Source: Deltaproteobacteria bacterium
GTDB lineage: Bacteria > CG2-30-53-67
Assembly (NCBI GenBank): GCA_013151235.1
Contig: JAADIO010000023.1
Span: 1 to 62,241, forward strand
DNA: 62,241 nt
Reading direction: 5' to 3'
Shown: one piece after another, positions 50,376-61,715 of the stretch
Layout: every line of letters starts with the position of its first letter
Numbering within the stretch: position 1 is the first letter of the stretch
Program-made: the position numbers and the translations under genes
Notes under the pieces: generated by a model
The model's input: the letters and a program-made list of their open reading frames with translations, nothing else
What the model was told of the DNA's origin: nothing
The model's database searches: none

Positions 50376-51020
50376 TTACTTCTCAATCACCGCACAGATG
50401 CGGGCAAAAATCTCATCAATCCCGCCCGTCCCTTCGATATCCACCAAGGCTCCGTCATTCTTATAGTAGTTGATCAGTGGCTCGGTCTGCTCATTATAAA
50501 CGGCAAGCCGGTTTTTAATGGTCTCTTCCTTATCGTCATCCCGCTGAAACAGGGGACCCCGGCACTGATCACAGACCCCTTCTTGCGCCGGCGGCTTGAA
50601 GAGAAGATGGTATCCGGCTCCGCACTCCTTACAGGTCCGGCGGCCCGTGAGCCGCTTGATCAGTTCATCATTTGCAACAACAATGGAAAGAACGGCGTCA
50701 ATCGACTGGCCCATTTCGCTTAAGGCCTTTTTCAGCTCATCCGCCTGCGGTACGGTACGGGGAAAGCCATCCAGGATGTATCCTTTTTCACAATCCTTTT
50801 CCTGCAACCGGTCCCGGATGATCCCGACAACGATGGCATCCGTTACCAGTTCGCCCTTGTCCATGTAGGATTTTGCTTCTTTCCCGAGTGGGGTCCCGTT
50901 CTTGACCGCTTCCCGGAGGATATCCCCCGTTGAGATCTGTGGAATTCCGTATTTTTCCACTAACTTTTTCGCCTGTGTTCCCTTCCCGGCTCCGGGAGGT
51001 CCTAAAAGAATCAATCGCAT
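50376..51020 (-). CDS. adk: Adenylate kinase (Zn-lid type)
   Basis: GPPGAGKGT, LDGFPR, CKEC...CDQC. Confidence 0.98.
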   Translation of the reverse strand: MRLILLGPPGAGKGTQAKKLVEKYGIPQISTGDILREAVKNGTPLGKEAKSYMDKGELVTDAIVVGIIRDRLQEKDCEKGYILDGFPRTVPQADELKKALSEMGQSIDAVLSIVVANDELIKRLTGRRTCKECGAGYHLLFKPPAQEGVCDQCRGPLFQRDDDKEETIKNRLAVYNEQTEPLINYYKNDGALVDIEGTGGIDEIFARICAVIEK

Positions 51021-51106
51021 CTTTCATCCCTACCTTTCTTTTCTGATAACAGCTTCAAGCCGACTTTTTCCACATGGGTTTCATCATTCGTCCCGGCCTC
51101 AGACCT

Positions 51107-52420
51107 TTAATGTCCCCTTCGATCCCGCAGACGCCCCGTCTTTAAGAACCCGTCATAGTGACGTTGCAACAAATGTGACTCTACCTGGCGAAGCGTATCG
51201 AGGGCCACCCCCACGACGATGAGGAGAGAGGTTCCACCAAAGTAAAAGGGGATATTCAATTTTTGGATCAGAAACATCGGCAGTACACAAACCGCCGACA
51301 GGTAGATCGCTCCGATAAAGGTGACCCGGGAAAGAACGCGGTCCAGATAATCGGAAGTATTCTTCCCGGGCCGGATTCCCGGGATGAACCCCCCCTGTTT
51401 TTTCATGTTGTCCGCAACATCCACGGGATTGAACATAATCGCCGTATAAAAAAAACAGAAAAAGATGATAAACCCGACATAGATAATATTATAGAAAATC
51501 GATCCGGGACGCATGCTCGCCGCTACGGCCTGGGCCCAAGGATAATCAACCATCCGGGCGATCGTCGCAGGAAAGAGGATGATCGAAGAGGCGAAAATCG
51601 GTGGAATCACCCCGGCGGTATTGATCTTCAGGGGAATATGGGTGGAACTGCCCCCATACGCCTTTCGCCCTACCATCCTTTTTGCATACTGGACCGGGAC
51701 CTTCCGGAAACCGTTTTCCATAAAGATAATCGCACCAATCACACTCACGGCAACCACCAGGATCACCATCACGACATAAGGCTGCATGATCCCGCCCCGG
51801 ACCATGTTCACCGTCAGCGCCACCGCCGAGGGCATGGCCGCCACAATCCCGGCAAAGATGATCAGCGAAATCCCGTTGCCGATCCCCCGCTCCGTAATCT
51901 GTTCCCCCAACCACATGATAAACGAGGTCCCCGCCACGAGCGTGATAACCGTAAAAATAAGAAACGTCGAACCGGGATGAGGAACAAGGGGTGCGCCGCT
52001 GGGGCTGGTCGTTCCCTGCAGGCCGATGGCAATTCCCGCCCCCTGTACCAGACTGAGGATAATCGTCCCGTACCGGGTGTACTGCGTAATTTTCTTCCGT
52101 CCCACCGCCCCTTCCTTGGCCAATTCATCCAGAGAAGGGATGACGGCCTGGAGGAGCTGCAGAATAATGGATGCGCTGATGTAGGGCATGATCCCCAGGG
52201 CAAAGACCGTCATTCGCCGAAGCGCCCCACCGGAAAACATACTGACCAATCCGAGAATACCGCCCTGCTGAGCCTGGAAAAATTCCTCCAGCGCCCGTGC
52301 GTTAATTCCCGGGATCGGGACATGACAACCGACACGATAGATCGCTAAAAATCCAAGGGTAAACAGGATTCTTCGTTTAAGTTCCGGTACCTTGAATATG
52401 TTTTGCAGATTTCCGAGCAA
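51107..52420 (-). CDS. secY: Preprotein translocase subunit SecY
   Basis: FALGIMPYISASII, WLGEQIT, IPGIRPG; TTG start after GGGGAGA. Confidence 0.97.
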   Translation of the reverse strand: MLGNLQNIFKVPELKRRILFTLGFLAIYRVGCHVPIPGINARALEEFFQAQQGGILGLVSMFSGGALRRMTVFALGIMPYISASIILQLLQAVIPSLDELAKEGAVGRKKITQYTRYGTIILSLVQGAGIAIGLQGTTSPSGAPLVPHPGSTFLIFTVITLVAGTSFIMWLGEQITERGIGNGISLIIFAGIVAAMPSAVALTVNMVRGGIMQPYVVMVILVVAVSVIGAIIFMENGFRKVPVQYAKRMVGRKAYGGSSTHIPLKINTAGVIPPIFASSIILFPATIARMVDYPWAQAVAASMRPGSIFYNIIYVGFIIFFCFFYTAIMFNPVDVADNMKKQGGFIPGIRPGKNTSDYLDRVLSRVTFIGAIYLSAVCVLPMFLIQKLNIPFYFGGTSLLIVVGVALDTLRQVESHLLQRHYDGFLKTGRLRDRRGH

Positions 52421-52439
52421 GCCCGAATCTCCCCTGAAT

Positions 52440-52886
52440 TCAGATTGACAATGTTTCGATCTCACCACCGGCGGCCCGGATCTTCTCCACCGCCTTCTTA
52501 CTGAATTTGTGTGCTTTCACCTTAACGGCCCGCCGGATTTCACCCTCACCCAGGATTTTGAGCCCCGCCTTCATCTTCTTGATCACACCCAATCCCAACA
52601 GAAGATCGGGGTCCACTTCCGTCAGATCGGACAGACGGTCAAGCTGGGATAGATTCAGGATGGCATATTCCTTACGAAAAATATTGGTGAACCCCCGCTT
52701 CGGCAACCGGCGCTGCAACGGCATCTGCCCACCTTCAAAACCGGCCTTCTTGGGGCCGCCGGACCGTGCGTTCTGCCCCTTGTGCCCCCGGGTGGAGGTC
52801 CCTCCATGGCCGGAGCCGTCACCCCGTCCGACCCGCTTCCTCTTCTTTTTTGAACCCGCAGGGGGCCGTAAATCATTTAATCGCAT
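52440..52886 (-). CDS. rplO: 50S ribosomal protein L15
   Basis: [14 protein letters not shown]. Confidence 0.98.
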   Translation of the reverse strand: MRLNDLRPPAGSKKKRKRVGRGDGSGHGGTSTRGHKGQNARSGGPKKAGFEGGQMPLQRRLPKRGFTNIFRKEYAILNLSQLDRLSDLTEVDPDLLLGLGVIKKMKAGLKILGEGEIRRAVKVKAHKFSKKAVEKIRAAGGEIETLSI

Positions 52887-53064
52887 CGTTCAATCCTTCC
52901 GGGAAATCTGTTTTCCGTCGGCATAGTCAAAAGATCCGGCTGCATAAGGCAATGGTAATCGAAAGGAAACCCTGTTCCTCCGTCCGCCGCAGCGAACTCG
53001 GGAACGATCACCCCGGGATAGAGGAACGGAACCGCGCCGCCGAAGGCGTCACCGACAGACAGCC

Positions 53065-53256
53065 TTATTCGGAAACCGGCTCAACGTCCACAATATGCGG
53101 GATCTTGTTGATCATCCCCCAGGTTTCAGGGGTATCCTTCAGGATCACAGACTGATTTGTCCGTTTCAACCCCAATCCCCGGATCACCGCCTTATGTTTT
53201 TTGGGTCTTCCGATCCCACTTCTTTTTAATGTAATTTTCAGCTGTTCCATGATCAT
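53065..53256 (-). CDS. rpmD: 50S ribosomal protein L30
   Basis: LKITLKRSGIG...GLGL...GMINKI. Confidence 0.96.
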   Translation of the reverse strand: MIMEQLKITLKRSGIGRPKKHKAVIRGLGLKRTNQSVILKDTPETWGMINKIPHIVDVEPVSE

Positions 53257-53285
53257 ACCGTTTCTACGCCGCCCCTTACCGCTGA

Positions 53286-53801
53286 TCAGCGTGAAAGCTC
53301 CTCGACCGTCAATCCTCTCAGTTTCGCAATCTCTTCACTCCCCCGCAACTGACGCAACCCGTCCATGGTGGCACGAATGGCATTGTGAGGGTTACTCGAT
53401 CCGATACATTTCGTCAGGATATCCTGCACGCCGGCAACTTCCAGAACAGCCCGGACGCCGCCGCCGGCGATCAACCCCGTCCCCTCGGAAGCCGGTTTCA
53501 TCATCACCCGTCCGGCGCCGTAATGGCCGATCACCTTGTGGGGGATCGTCTTTCCCTGCAGGGAAATCGGAGACATTTTTTTCTTCGCAATCTCAATCCC
53601 CTTCCGGATCGCTTCGGGGACCTCGTTCGCTTTTCCTTTTCCGTACCCCACACTTCCTTTTCCGTCTCCAACGACCACAAGGGCGCTGAAGCTGAACCGT
53701 CGGCCGCCCTTGACGACCTTGGAAACACGGTTAATGTGCACGATTTTGTCAATCAGATCACCGGACTGATCATCCTTCTTTCTCATTCGCTTATCCGCCA
53801 C
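53286..53801 (-). CDS. rpsE: 30S ribosomal protein S5
   Basis: [16 protein letters not shown]. Confidence 0.98.
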   Translation of the reverse strand: MADKRMRKKDDQSGDLIDKIVHINRVSKVVKGGRRFSFSALVVVGDGKGSVGYGKGKANEVPEAIRKGIEIAKKKMSPISLQGKTIPHKVIGHYGAGRVMMKPASEGTGLIAGGGVRAVLEVAGVQDILTKCIGSSNPHNAIRATMDGLRQLRGSEEIAKLRGLTVEELSR

Positions 53802-53851
53802 GCTGTCATTCTCCCTGAACCGGCAGTCCCCCTTACGGATGCTGCCGACTC

Positions 53852-54217
53852 TTAGATTTTAATCCCTGCCTTTCTCGCCGCTTCAGCGAGGGATTTGATA
53901 CGTCCATGGAACTGAAACCCGCCGCGGTCAAACACGGCCGTCTCCACGCCCTTTTCTTTCATCCGCCGTGCGATCTCCTCCCCCACCCATGCCGCGGCCT
54001 CCCGCTTGCCACCTTCAATCTTCACCTCACGGAAATTCCTGTGCAGCGTAGAAGCGCTTGCAATGGTCGTCTGATTGACATCATCAATCACTTGCACGGA
54101 GATATGCCTGGCACTCCGGAATACGGACATACGAGGCCGCTCAGGCGTGCCGTTCACTTTTTTTCTTACCCGCTTGTGCTTTGCAATTCTTGAGGCCCTT
54201 CTGGTGTGTACTGCCAC
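53852..54217 (-). CDS. rplR: 50S ribosomal protein L18
   Basis: [20 protein letters not shown]. Confidence 0.97.
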   Translation of the reverse strand: MAVHTRRASRIAKHKRVRKKVNGTPERPRMSVFRSARHISVQVIDDVNQTTIASASTLHRNFREVKIEGGKREAAAWVGEEIARRMKEKGVETAVFDRGGFQFHGRIKSLAEAARKAGIKI

Positions 54218-54284
54218 GTCTTTTTCACTCCTTTACCGAATGGTTCCCTGAAGACCGGTATGTTTTCCGGACCGGAGCCGAGCG

Positions 54285-54818
54285 CTACTTGGTCGTCTTG
54301 CCGGCCTTACGGAGAATCTTCTCCTCAGCGTACTTGATTCCCTTCCCCTTGTACGGTTCCGGAGGCCGGAGGTCCCGTATATCGGCAGCGACCTGTCCCA
54401 AGAGTTCCTTGTTGATACTTTTCAGCGTCACGGTATTCTTTTCCACCTGCGCCTCTACTCCATCCTTCAGGGGGAAATGAACCGGCTGAGAGTAACCGAG
54501 GTGAAGCTCCAGCGACTTGCCCTGCACAACGGCACGGTATCCCACGCCGTTGATCTCCAGTACCCGGGTAAACCCTTCCGAAACGCCCCGAACCATATTG
54601 GCGATCAGGTTACGGGTCAGACCATGAAAACCGCGATGACGATTAAGATCGGAAGGCCGACTGACCCGGATCTCATCGCCGGCGACTTCAATCGTCATCT
54701 CCGGCCGAAATTCCCGTATCAGCCGCCCCTTCGGCCCCTTGACCTCAAGAACGGATCCTTTGAGTACGGCAGTAACTCCCTGGGGGAGCTTTACCGGCAT
54801 TTTCCCGATTCGTGACAT
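54285..54818 (-). CDS. rplF: 50S ribosomal protein L6
   Basis: MSRIGK, PEPYKGKGI. Confidence 0.98.
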   Translation of the reverse strand: MSRIGKMPVKLPQGVTAVLKGSVLEVKGPKGRLIREFRPEMTIEVAGDEIRVSRPSDLNRHRGFHGLTRNLIANMVRGVSEGFTRVLEINGVGYRAVVQGKSLELHLGYSQPVHFPLKDGVEAQVEKNTVTLKSINKELLGQVAADIRDLRPPEPYKGKGIKYAEEKILRKAGKTTK

Positions 54819-54853
54819 CTTGTTTTACTCCTCAAAGAGACGGGACCTGCGAC

Positions 54854-55252
54854 TTACCAGACCGCACAGAGAACTTCCCCGCCCACATGTTCCTTTCTGG
54901 ATTGCCGGTCCGTCAGGACCCCCTTGGGCGTTGACAAAATGGCAACCCCCAGACCGTTGAGGATCTTGGGAATTTCCTCCGCCCCGACATAGACACGCAA
55001 CCCCGGTTTACTGAGGCGTTTCAGGCCGTGAATCGCACCTTCCTTGCCTTCCTGCTTCCCGAGCGAAATACGAATCAACCCCTGCCGGTTATTCTTTAGA
55101 ACCTTGTAATTCTTGATATACCCTTCGTCTTTCAGGATCCTGGTAATCGAGATCTTGATATTGGACGCGGGGACGTCGACAGTTTCATGGCGCGCCTGAA
55201 CGGCATTACGGATGCGCGTCAGAAGGTCTGCGATCGGGTCGGTCATGGACAT
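54854..55252 (-). CDS. rpsH: 30S ribosomal protein S8
   Basis: DPIADLLTRIRNA, SKPGLRVY. Confidence 0.98.
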   Translation of the reverse strand: MSMTDPIADLLTRIRNAVQARHETVDVPASNIKISITRILKDEGYIKNYKVLKNNRQGLIRISLGKQEGKEGAIHGLKRLSKPGLRVYVGAEEIPKILNGLGVAILSTPKGVLTDRQSRKEHVGGEVLCAVW

Positions 55253-55294
55253 CGGTTAAATCCTCCACATCATCGTTGCACTTGAGGGTCATTC

Positions 55295-55480
55295 CTACCA
55301 GCTCGATTTTACAACACCGGGGATATCACCTCTCAAGGAGAGTTTCCGGAAGCAGATCCGGCAGATATCGAAGCGCCGCATGTAGCCGCGGGGACGTCCG
55401 CAGATCCGGCAACGGTTGTATTCCCTCACCTGGAATTTCTGTTTTCTGTTTGCCTTGTTGATTAATGACTGTTTGGCCAA
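55295..55480 (-). CDS. rpsN: 30S ribosomal protein S14 (Zn-binding type Z)
   Basis: CRICGRPRG...CRICFR...KSSW. Confidence 0.97.
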   Translation of the reverse strand: MAKQSLINKANRKQKFQVREYNRCRICGRPRGYMRRFDICRICFRKLSLRGDIPGVVKSSW

Positions 55481-55516
55481 TCTGTTTCCTCCATGATATT
55501 TCCGGCCGGTCCTTTT

Positions 55517-56056
55517 CTATTTCCGGAAGGGCATATTGAAGCCGGCCAGCAGGGCCTTGGCCTCTTCATCACTCTTGGCGGTCGTAACGATCACGATATC
55601 CATGCCGTGGATCTTCTCGACCTTGTCATATTTGACCTCCGGGAAAATGATCTGTTCCGTCAGCCCCAGAGAATAATTCCCGCGTCCGTCAAATGCCTTT
55701 CCGGATACCCCCCGGAAGTCCCGAATACGGGGGATGGAGGTATTAATCAGGCGATCCAGGAATTCATACATGATCCTCTTGCGCAAAGTCACCTTGCAAC
55801 CGATTGCCATCCCTTCACGCAGTTTGAAGTTTGCGATCGATTTCCGGGCCAGCGTAACCACGGGCTGCTGTCCGGTGATCATCCGTAACTCCTCCACCGA
55901 AGAGTCCAGCAGTTTCGGATTCTGGATCGCTTCCCCCATCCCGACATTCACCACAATCTTCGTAATCTTCGGCACCTGCATGATGCTTGAATAGGCAAAC
56001 TGCTTCATCAGGGAAGGTACAATTTCATTTTTGTAGATCTCGATTAACCTGGCCAT
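55517..56056 (-). CDS. rplE: 50S ribosomal protein L5
   Basis: [15 protein letters not shown]. Confidence 0.98.
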   Translation of the reverse strand: MARLIEIYKNEIVPSLMKQFAYSSIMQVPKITKIVVNVGMGEAIQNPKLLDSSVEELRMITGQQPVVTLARKSIANFKLREGMAIGCKVTLRKRIMYEFLDRLINTSIPRIRDFRGVSGKAFDGRGNYSLGLTEQIIFPEVKYDKVEKIHGMDIVIVTTAKSDEEAKALLAGFNMPFRK

Positions 56057-56078
56057 AATTCATCCACTCTACACTCTT

Positions 56079-56411
56079 TCAGACCTTGTCAAAGGGTTCG
56101 CCGCACTTTGCGCAAATCCGTACCTTTTTTTTGTTTTCGAGTATCTTATGGCGGATCCGAACGGGAGCATCACACTTCCGGCAAACGGGCATGACATTCG
56201 ACACGTGGAGCGTTGCCTCCTTTTCAATAATCCCGCCCTGCTGGTTCTGCTCATTCGGCTTCGTATGCCGTTTAATCATATTCAGCTTTTCCACCAGGAC
56301 CCGGCCACGCTCCGGGGCGACCAGCAGAACCTTGCCCCGTTTTCCCTTCTCTTTCCCGGCAATCACTTCCGCCATATCGTTCTTCTTGATATGATTCTTG
56401 AGTTTCGTCAT
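56079..56411 (-). CDS. rplX: 50S ribosomal protein L24
   Basis: VIAGKEKGK, GGIIEKEA. Confidence 0.97.
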   Translation of the reverse strand: MTKLKNHIKKNDMAEVIAGKEKGKRGKVLLVAPERGRVLVEKLNMIKRHTKPNEQNQQGGIIEKEATLHVSNVMPVCRKCDAPVRIRHKILENKKKVRICAKCGEPFDKV

Positions 56412-56447
56412 TTCACTGTTCCTTGCATCCCATTCATCGTTATCATC

Positions 56448-56816
56448 TCAAAGAACCTCCGGCGCCAGCGAAACGATACGCATAAAATTTTTCCCCCGCA
56501 ATTCACGGGTCACCGGCCCGAAAATACGGGTTCCGATCGGCTCCTTCTGCGGGTTGATGAGAACCGCTGCGTTCTCATCGAAACGAATGCTGGTTCCATC
56601 CTTGCGCTTCACGGACTTCTTGGTCCGAACGATTACGGCACGGACCAAGGTGCCTTTCTTGGTATTCCCCCTCGGCATGGCTTCCTTTACGCTGGCCACA
56701 ATGACATCACCGACACCGGCATAGCGAACTTTGGAGCCTCCCAGCACACGAACACACATCACTTTTTTCGCACCGGAATTATCCGCGACTTTCAATATAC
56801 TTTGCGTCTGGATCAT
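56448..56816 (-). CDS. rplN: 50S ribosomal protein L14
   Basis: [15 protein letters not shown]. Confidence 0.98.
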   Translation of the reverse strand: MIQTQSILKVADNSGAKKVMCVRVLGGSKVRYAGVGDVIVASVKEAMPRGNTKKGTLVRAVIVRTKKSVKRKDGTSIRFDENAAVLINPQKEPIGTRIFGPVTRELRGKNFMRIVSLAPEVL

Positions 56817-56860
56817 TTTCTACTCCCTGTCCGGCATCTCCCGCCGGCTTCTCACGCCTT

Positions 56861-57118
56861 TTACTTGGCTCGTTCGACAATCTGCACAACACGAAAATGC
56901 TTGTCCCGGCTGAACGGTCGGCATTCCATAATCTTTACGGTGTCGCCGATCCGGCATTCGTTTCGCTCGTCATGTGCCTTGTACCGTTTGTCCCGCCGTA
57001 CAATCTTCTTATAGAGAGGATGCTGCGTCGACCGCTGAACCGTAACCACAACGGTCTTGTCCATCTTGTCACTCACCACTATCCCCTGAAGGTTCTTTTT
57101 ATTCCGTTTCTTTTCCAT
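56861..57118 (-). CDS. rpsQ: 30S ribosomal protein S17
   Basis: VVSDKMDKT, HPLYKK. Confidence 0.98.
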   Translation of the reverse strand: MEKKRNKKNLQGIVVSDKMDKTVVVTVQRSTQHPLYKKIVRRDKRYKAHDERNECRIGDTVKIMECRPFSRDKHFRVVQIVERAK

Positions 57119-57127
57119 AATGAGTGT

Positions 57128-57319
57128 TTATCCCTTACGTACTTCATTCCGTATCGTTTTAATCCGTGCAATCTCCCTTCGGACCTCACGGATATGGACC
57201 GGGCTACTGATCTGGCCTGTCTCTTTCTGAAATCTGAGTTTCAGAAGCTCCTCGGCCAGGTCCTGTTCCCTGGCATCCATCTCTTCCGGGCTCAAGTCCC
57301 GAATCTCACTCGCCTTCAT
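57128..57319 (-). CDS. rpmC: 50S ribosomal protein L29
   Basis: LRFQKETGQ, RREIARIKT. Confidence 0.97.
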   Translation of the reverse strand: MKASEIRDLSPEEMDAREQDLAEELLKLRFQKETGQISSPVHIREVRREIARIKTIRNEVRKG

Positions 57320-57739
57320 CTATAGAGCGCCTCCATGCTTGGAAATCACACGGGTCTTGATCGGCAGCTTCCGAGCAGCAAGCAACAGAGCCGTCTTTGC
57401 GACCTCCCCGGTCACGCCTTCCATCTCGTACAAGATCCGGCCCGGTTTGATCACGACCACATGATACTCCGGCCCCCCTTTTCCCTTCCCCATCCGGGTT
57501 TCCGCCGGCTTCTTGGTAATCGGCTTATCGGGAAAGATGCGGATCCAGATCTTACCGCCGCGTTTCACATGACGGGTCATCGCAATTCGGGCAGCCTCGA
57601 TTTGTTTACTGCTGACCCAACCCGGCTCCAGTGCCTGCAACCCGAACTCTCCAAAGTCGATCCGGGTCCCCCCTTTGGCATTTCCGCGGTTTCTCCCTTT
57701 CTGCCGTTTCCGGAATTTTTCTTTTTTGGGCATCAACAT
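57320..57739 (-). CDS. rplP: 50S ribosomal protein L16
   Basis: [12 protein letters not shown]. Confidence 0.98.
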   Translation of the reverse strand: MLMPKKEKFRKRQKGRNRGNAKGGTRIDFGEFGLQALEPGWVSSKQIEAARIAMTRHVKRGGKIWIRIFPDKPITKKPAETRMGKGKGGPEYHVVVIKPGRILYEMEGVTGEVAKTALLLAARKLPIKTRVISKHGGAL

Positions 57740-57765
57740 CGGTTTTCCACTCCTTCAATATCCGG

Positions 57766-58428
57766 TCAGCGTCGGGACCCTTGCGGCACGTCTTTCTTTC
57801 CCGGATTCAAGATTTCTTCCTTAAAGACCCAGACCTTGACCCCGATCAGTCCGTAGGTCGTCAGTGCCTCGGCAAAACCGTAATCAATATCCGCGCGGAG
57901 CGTATGGAGAGGAACCCGGCCTTCCCGATACCATTCCCGCCGCGCCATCTCGGCGCCGGCCAGCCGCCCGGAACACTGGATCTTGATCCCCTTGGCGCCG
58001 AAGCGCATCGCGTTGGTGACGCTTCGTTTCATCGCACGCCGGAAGGCCACCCGGCGCTCCAACTGCAGGGCGACATTTTCCGAGACCAGTTGTGCATCCA
58101 TCTCGGCCTTGCGGATCTCCCGAATATTCAGGTAGATATTCTTGCTGATCACTCCCTGAAGGTCGTTTTTGAGCTTGTCGATCTCCGCCCCCTTCTTGCC
58201 GATAATAATCCCGGGGCGGGCCGTGTAGATATTCACCCGAACCTGTTTCGCCGCACGTTCGATCTCCACACGACCGATCCCTGCATGGTATAATTTTTCC
58301 TTGATATACTTCCGCAGCTTGAGGTCCTCATGGAAAAGCGTGCAGTAATCTTTTTTGGCATACCATTTCGAGTTCCAGTCTTTTATATATCCCAGACGAA
58401 ACCCGATCGGATGAACTTTCTGACCCAA
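57766..58428 (-). CDS. rpsC: 30S ribosomal protein S3
   Basis: [27 protein letters not shown] start. Confidence 0.98.
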   Translation of the reverse strand: MGQKVHPIGFRLGYIKDWNSKWYAKKDYCTLFHEDLKLRKYIKEKLYHAGIGRVEIERAAKQVRVNIYTARPGIIIGKKGAEIDKLKNDLQGVISKNIYLNIREIRKAEMDAQLVSENVALQLERRVAFRRAMKRSVTNAMRFGAKGIKIQCSGRLAGAEMARREWYREGRVPLHTLRADIDYGFAEALTTYGLIGVKVWVFKEEILNPGKKDVPQGSRR

Positions 58429-58451
58429 AACTCACCTCCTGTATTCAGTCG

Positions 58452-58781
58452 TTACTCAGACACCACGATCGTGATGTGACTTGTCCTCTTCCGCAGGGGC
58501 GTCGCCCTGCCCATGGCCCTGGGCATGAACCGCTTCAGCATCGGACCGGCATCCACAAAGATCTCTTTGACATGGAGACGTTCCACATCGGAGACCTCCT
58601 TCTGCTCTGCATTGGCAATCGCCGACTGCAGCAGCTTCTCCACCACCGGGGCGGATCGCTGGGGAAGATGCCGCAGAATGTTCAACGCCTCTTCCACGTT
58701 TTTCCCCCGAATGGTATCCACCACCAGCCGCACCTTGCGCGGTGCAATCCGGATATGTTTTGCAACGGCTTTCGCTTCCAT
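58452..58781 (-). CDS. rplV: 50S ribosomal protein L22
   Basis: PRKVRLV, SAIANA, KRTSHIT. Confidence 0.97.
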   Translation of the reverse strand: MEAKAVAKHIRIAPRKVRLVVDTIRGKNVEEALNILRHLPQRSAPVVEKLLQSAIANAEQKEVSDVERLHVKEIFVDAGPMLKRFMPRAMGRATPLRKRTSHITIVVSE

Positions 58782-58831
58782 TCTCTTTCCCTCAATCGAC
58801 ATTCAAGCAACGCGGTAACCGGTCGCTCCCT

Positions 58832-59110
58832 CTAACGGGATCCGGTCGATTTCTCGGACCGATGTCCCCGGTAGGTGCGGGTGGCGGAAAATTCGCCGAG
58901 CTTATGACCGACCATATTTTCCGAGACAAAAATCGGAATGAACTTCATTCCATTGTGTACGGCGAAGGTATGGCCGATCATGTCCGGCGTGATGGTCGAG
59001 CGCCGGGACCAGGTCTTGATAATCTCCCGGCTTCCGGAATCATTCATCTTCTGGACCTTCTTTTCCAGATGACCATCCACAAAAGGCCCTTTTTTTACGG
59101 AACGTGGCAC
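58832..59110 (-). CDS. rpsS: 30S ribosomal protein S19
   Basis: [16 protein letters not shown]. Confidence 0.98.
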   Translation of the reverse strand: MPRSVKKGPFVDGHLEKKVQKMNDSGSREIIKTWSRRSTITPDMIGHTFAVHNGMKFIPIFVSENMVGHKLGEFSATRTYRGHRSEKSTGSR

Positions 59111-59122
59111 GCAAACCTCCCC

Positions 59123-59947
59123 TTATACTTTTCGCTTTTTCACGATAAACCGATCCGTCCGACGGTTCTTCCGTGTCTTGTATCCCTTGGTCGGCATTCC
59201 CCAGGGCGTGACCGGATGACGGCCGCCGGAGGTCCGTCCTTCTCCGCCGCCATGCGGATGATCCACAGGATTCATCACCACCCCGCGAACCTTGGGACGG
59301 CGTCCCAGCCACCGCGAACGACCGGCCTTGCCGATGGAAAGATTTTCATGATCGGTATTGCCTAACTGTCCCACCGTGGCCATGCATTCCTGCAAAATCA
59401 TTCGCACTTCACCGGAGGGCATCCGGATCTGCGCGTATTTCCCTTCCTTGGCCATGATCTGGGCATAGGTCCCGGCACTGCGGATCATCTGCCCTCCCTT
59501 CCCGACGCGAAGCTCAATGTTATGAATCAGGGTGCCGAGGGGAATATTCTTGAGAGGCAGGGCATTACCGGGTTTGATATCCGCCTCCGGGCCGGCAAGG
59601 ACTTCGTCATTCACCTTCAAGCCCTGAGGAGCCAGGATGTACCGTTTTTCTCCGTCCGCAAACTGCAACAACGCGATCCGGGCACTTCGGTTCGGATCAT
59701 ACTCAATGGAGATCACTTTTGAAGGGATCCCGATCTTGTTTCGCTTGAAATCAATGATCCGGTATCGGCGCTTGTGTCCACCCCCGCGCCGCCGCTGCGT
59801 GATCCGTCCGTAAACATTCCGTCCGGCTTTCTTGCTTAAAGGACGCAAAAGCGGTTTATGGGGTTTTGAGGTCGTAATCTCCTCAAAATCCGAAACCGTC
59901 TGAAATCGCCGTCCCGGTGATGTCGGTTTATATCGTTTAATGCCCAT
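59123..59947 (-). CDS. rplB: 50S ribosomal protein L2
   Basis: [21 protein letters not shown]. Confidence 0.98.
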   Translation of the reverse strand: MGIKRYKPTSPGRRFQTVSDFEEITTSKPHKPLLRPLSKKAGRNVYGRITQRRRGGGHKRRYRIIDFKRNKIGIPSKVISIEYDPNRSARIALLQFADGEKRYILAPQGLKVNDEVLAGPEADIKPGNALPLKNIPLGTLIHNIELRVGKGGQMIRSAGTYAQIMAKEGKYAQIRMPSGEVRMILQECMATVGQLGNTDHENLSIGKAGRSRWLGRRPKVRGVVMNPVDHPHGGGEGRTSGGRHPVTPWGMPTKGYKTRKNRRTDRFIVKKRKV

Positions 59948-59970
59948 CGATTACTCCCACAGGGTAGATC

Positions 59971-60053
59971 ATAGCAACTCCGGTTGATCCTTTTCTCCCT
60001 CAGGACGAACGTAAGGCAGTCATGCGGGGAAAGAGAGACGACCGGGTCGTTAC
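59971..60053. mobile_element. MITE family A, internally deleted degenerate copy
   Basis: Left ATAGCAACTCCGGTTG..CAGGAC and right CAGTCATGCGG...GACCGGGTCGTTAC match the ends of 2419-2640. Confidence 0.65.
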
Positions 60054-60059
60054 AAAAAA

Positions 60060-60350
60060 TCAGCTTTCCAGATAGTCCACCTTCTGCCCTTCCTTGAGGG
60101 TCACAATCGCCTTTTTCCAGTCTTTCCGCTTGCCCATCTTCATTTTGAACCGGACGCGTTTCCCGTTCTGGTTCAGAACATTCACCTTCTCCACCTTCAC
60201 CTTGAACACACGCTCCACGGCCCTTTTGATCTCGATCCGGTTCGCATCGGGCGCCACCTCAAAAAAGACCTTGTTTTCACTCTCATGCAGTTGCATGTTC
60301 TTTTCCGTGACCAGGGGCCGGATCAAGGTCTGATAATCATTCCGCCTCAT
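60060..60350 (-). CDS. rplW: 50S ribosomal protein L23
   Basis: PLVTEK, WKKAIVTL. Confidence 0.97.
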   Translation of the reverse strand: MRRNDYQTLIRPLVTEKNMQLHESENKVFFEVAPDANRIEIKRAVERVFKVKVEKVNVLNQNGKRVRFKMKMGKRKDWKKAIVTLKEGQKVDYLES

Positions 60351-60973
60351 GCCGAAAGTCCCTCCGATATTCTTTCCACCGCATCCCGGGTCATGACGAG
60401 ATATTCCATATTCAGTACATCGTAGACATTCAGAAGTTCCAGGTCAATGACGGCGACTTCCGGGATGTTTCTACCGGAGAGGGCCAGGTTCTCCTGAAAT
60501 TCTCCGGTCACGATCAGCGTCTTGCCGGAGACGTTCAGTGCCTTGAGAATCGCGATCAGGTCACGAGTCCTCGGAGTTTCCATCTCCAGACTCTCCACAA
60601 TCACAAGTTTCCCTTCCTGTGCCCTGCCGGCCAGGGCGGACCGTAAGGCCAAACGCCGGACCTTCTTCGGGACCTTGATCTTGTATTTCCGGGGATGCGG
60701 ACCAAAAACAACGCCGCCGCCCCGCCAGATCGGCGAACCCCGGTATCCGGCCCGGGCCCGACCGGTCCCTTTCTGTCGATAGGGCTTGTTGGCGGAATAG
60801 CCGACATCGGAGCGGGTCTTCGTGGAAGCCGTTCCCGCACGGGCCTTCGCCAGTTGGGAGACCACCACCTGATGCATTGCCCCGATATGGGGAACAATGC
60901 CGAAAACCTCTTCGTTGAGTTCAATCTCGCCGACCTTCTTGCTTGTCTGATCCAGGACATCCATCGATTTCAT
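60347..60973 (-). CDS. rplD: 50S ribosomal protein L4
   Basis: KPYRQKGTGRARAG, GGGVVFGP. Confidence 0.97.
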   Translation of the reverse strand: MKSMDVLDQTSKKVGEIELNEEVFGIVPHIGAMHQVVVSQLAKARAGTASTKTRSDVGYSANKPYRQKGTGRARAGYRGSPIWRGGGVVFGPHPRKYKIKVPKKVRRLALRSALAGRAQEGKLVIVESLEMETPRTRDLIAILKALNVSGKTLIVTGEFQENLALSGRNIPEVAVIDLELLNVYDVLNMEYLVMTRDAVERISEGLSA

Positions 60974-61038
60974 TCCTTTGTCTCTTTCTTCATCGCTTCG
61001 TGAATATTCCGCCTGCTGCAACCCTGTCGGATGGATTC

Positions 61039-61674
61039 TTACGAAGCCGTCTTCTTCCGGATGCGAAGTATTCCGTTGTTGGCGCCGGGGACGGCACCCT
61101 TGATGAGCAGAAGGTTCTGATCGGGAATGACTTCCATCACCTTCAGATTTTTCACCGTCACACGGTCACATCCCATATGGCCCGGCATCCCCCGCCCCTT
61201 GATGATCTTTCCGGGGAAGACACACTGACCGATCGAGCCCGGCGCCCTGTGAAACCGGGAGCCGTGGGTCTTGGGACCGCCGCCGAAACCGTGTCTCTTG
61301 ATCACACCGGCAAACCCTTTTCCTTTGCTCACACCCGTGACATGGACCTGATCTCCAACCGCAAAGGCTTCCGCCGTCAACTCCATGCCCGGCGTCAACT
61401 CCGATACATCCTCAACACGGACCTCCTGAAGATGGCGAAATTGAGGGACACCATGCTTCTTGCTGTGTCCGACAAGGGACTTTTTGGCATGACGTTTTTT
61501 CCGTTCCTCCTCAAACCCCAACTGTACCGCGTTGTATCCTTCCTTCTCAAGGCGCTTGACCTGAACAATCCGACAGGGCCCGACCTGCACCACCGTCACA
61601 GGGGTCATTCGTCCCGCGTCCTTTTCAAAGATCTGAGTCATCCCGATTTTTCGTCCAATCAACTCGGTTAGCAT
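61039..61674 (-). CDS. rplC: 50S ribosomal protein L3
   Basis: [29 protein letters not shown]. Confidence 0.97.
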   Translation of the reverse strand: MLTELIGRKIGMTQIFEKDAGRMTPVTVVQVGPCRIVQVKRLEKEGYNAVQLGFEEERKKRHAKKSLVGHSKKHGVPQFRHLQEVRVEDVSELTPGMELTAEAFAVGDQVHVTGVSKGKGFAGVIKRHGFGGGPKTHGSRFHRAPGSIGQCVFPGKIIKGRGMPGHMGCDRVTVKNLKVMEVIPDQNLLLIKGAVPGANNGILRIRKKTAS

Positions 61675-61715
61675 GGCTTTTCTCACTTTATACTGAGGCG
61701 CCGATCCTTGTCGGC

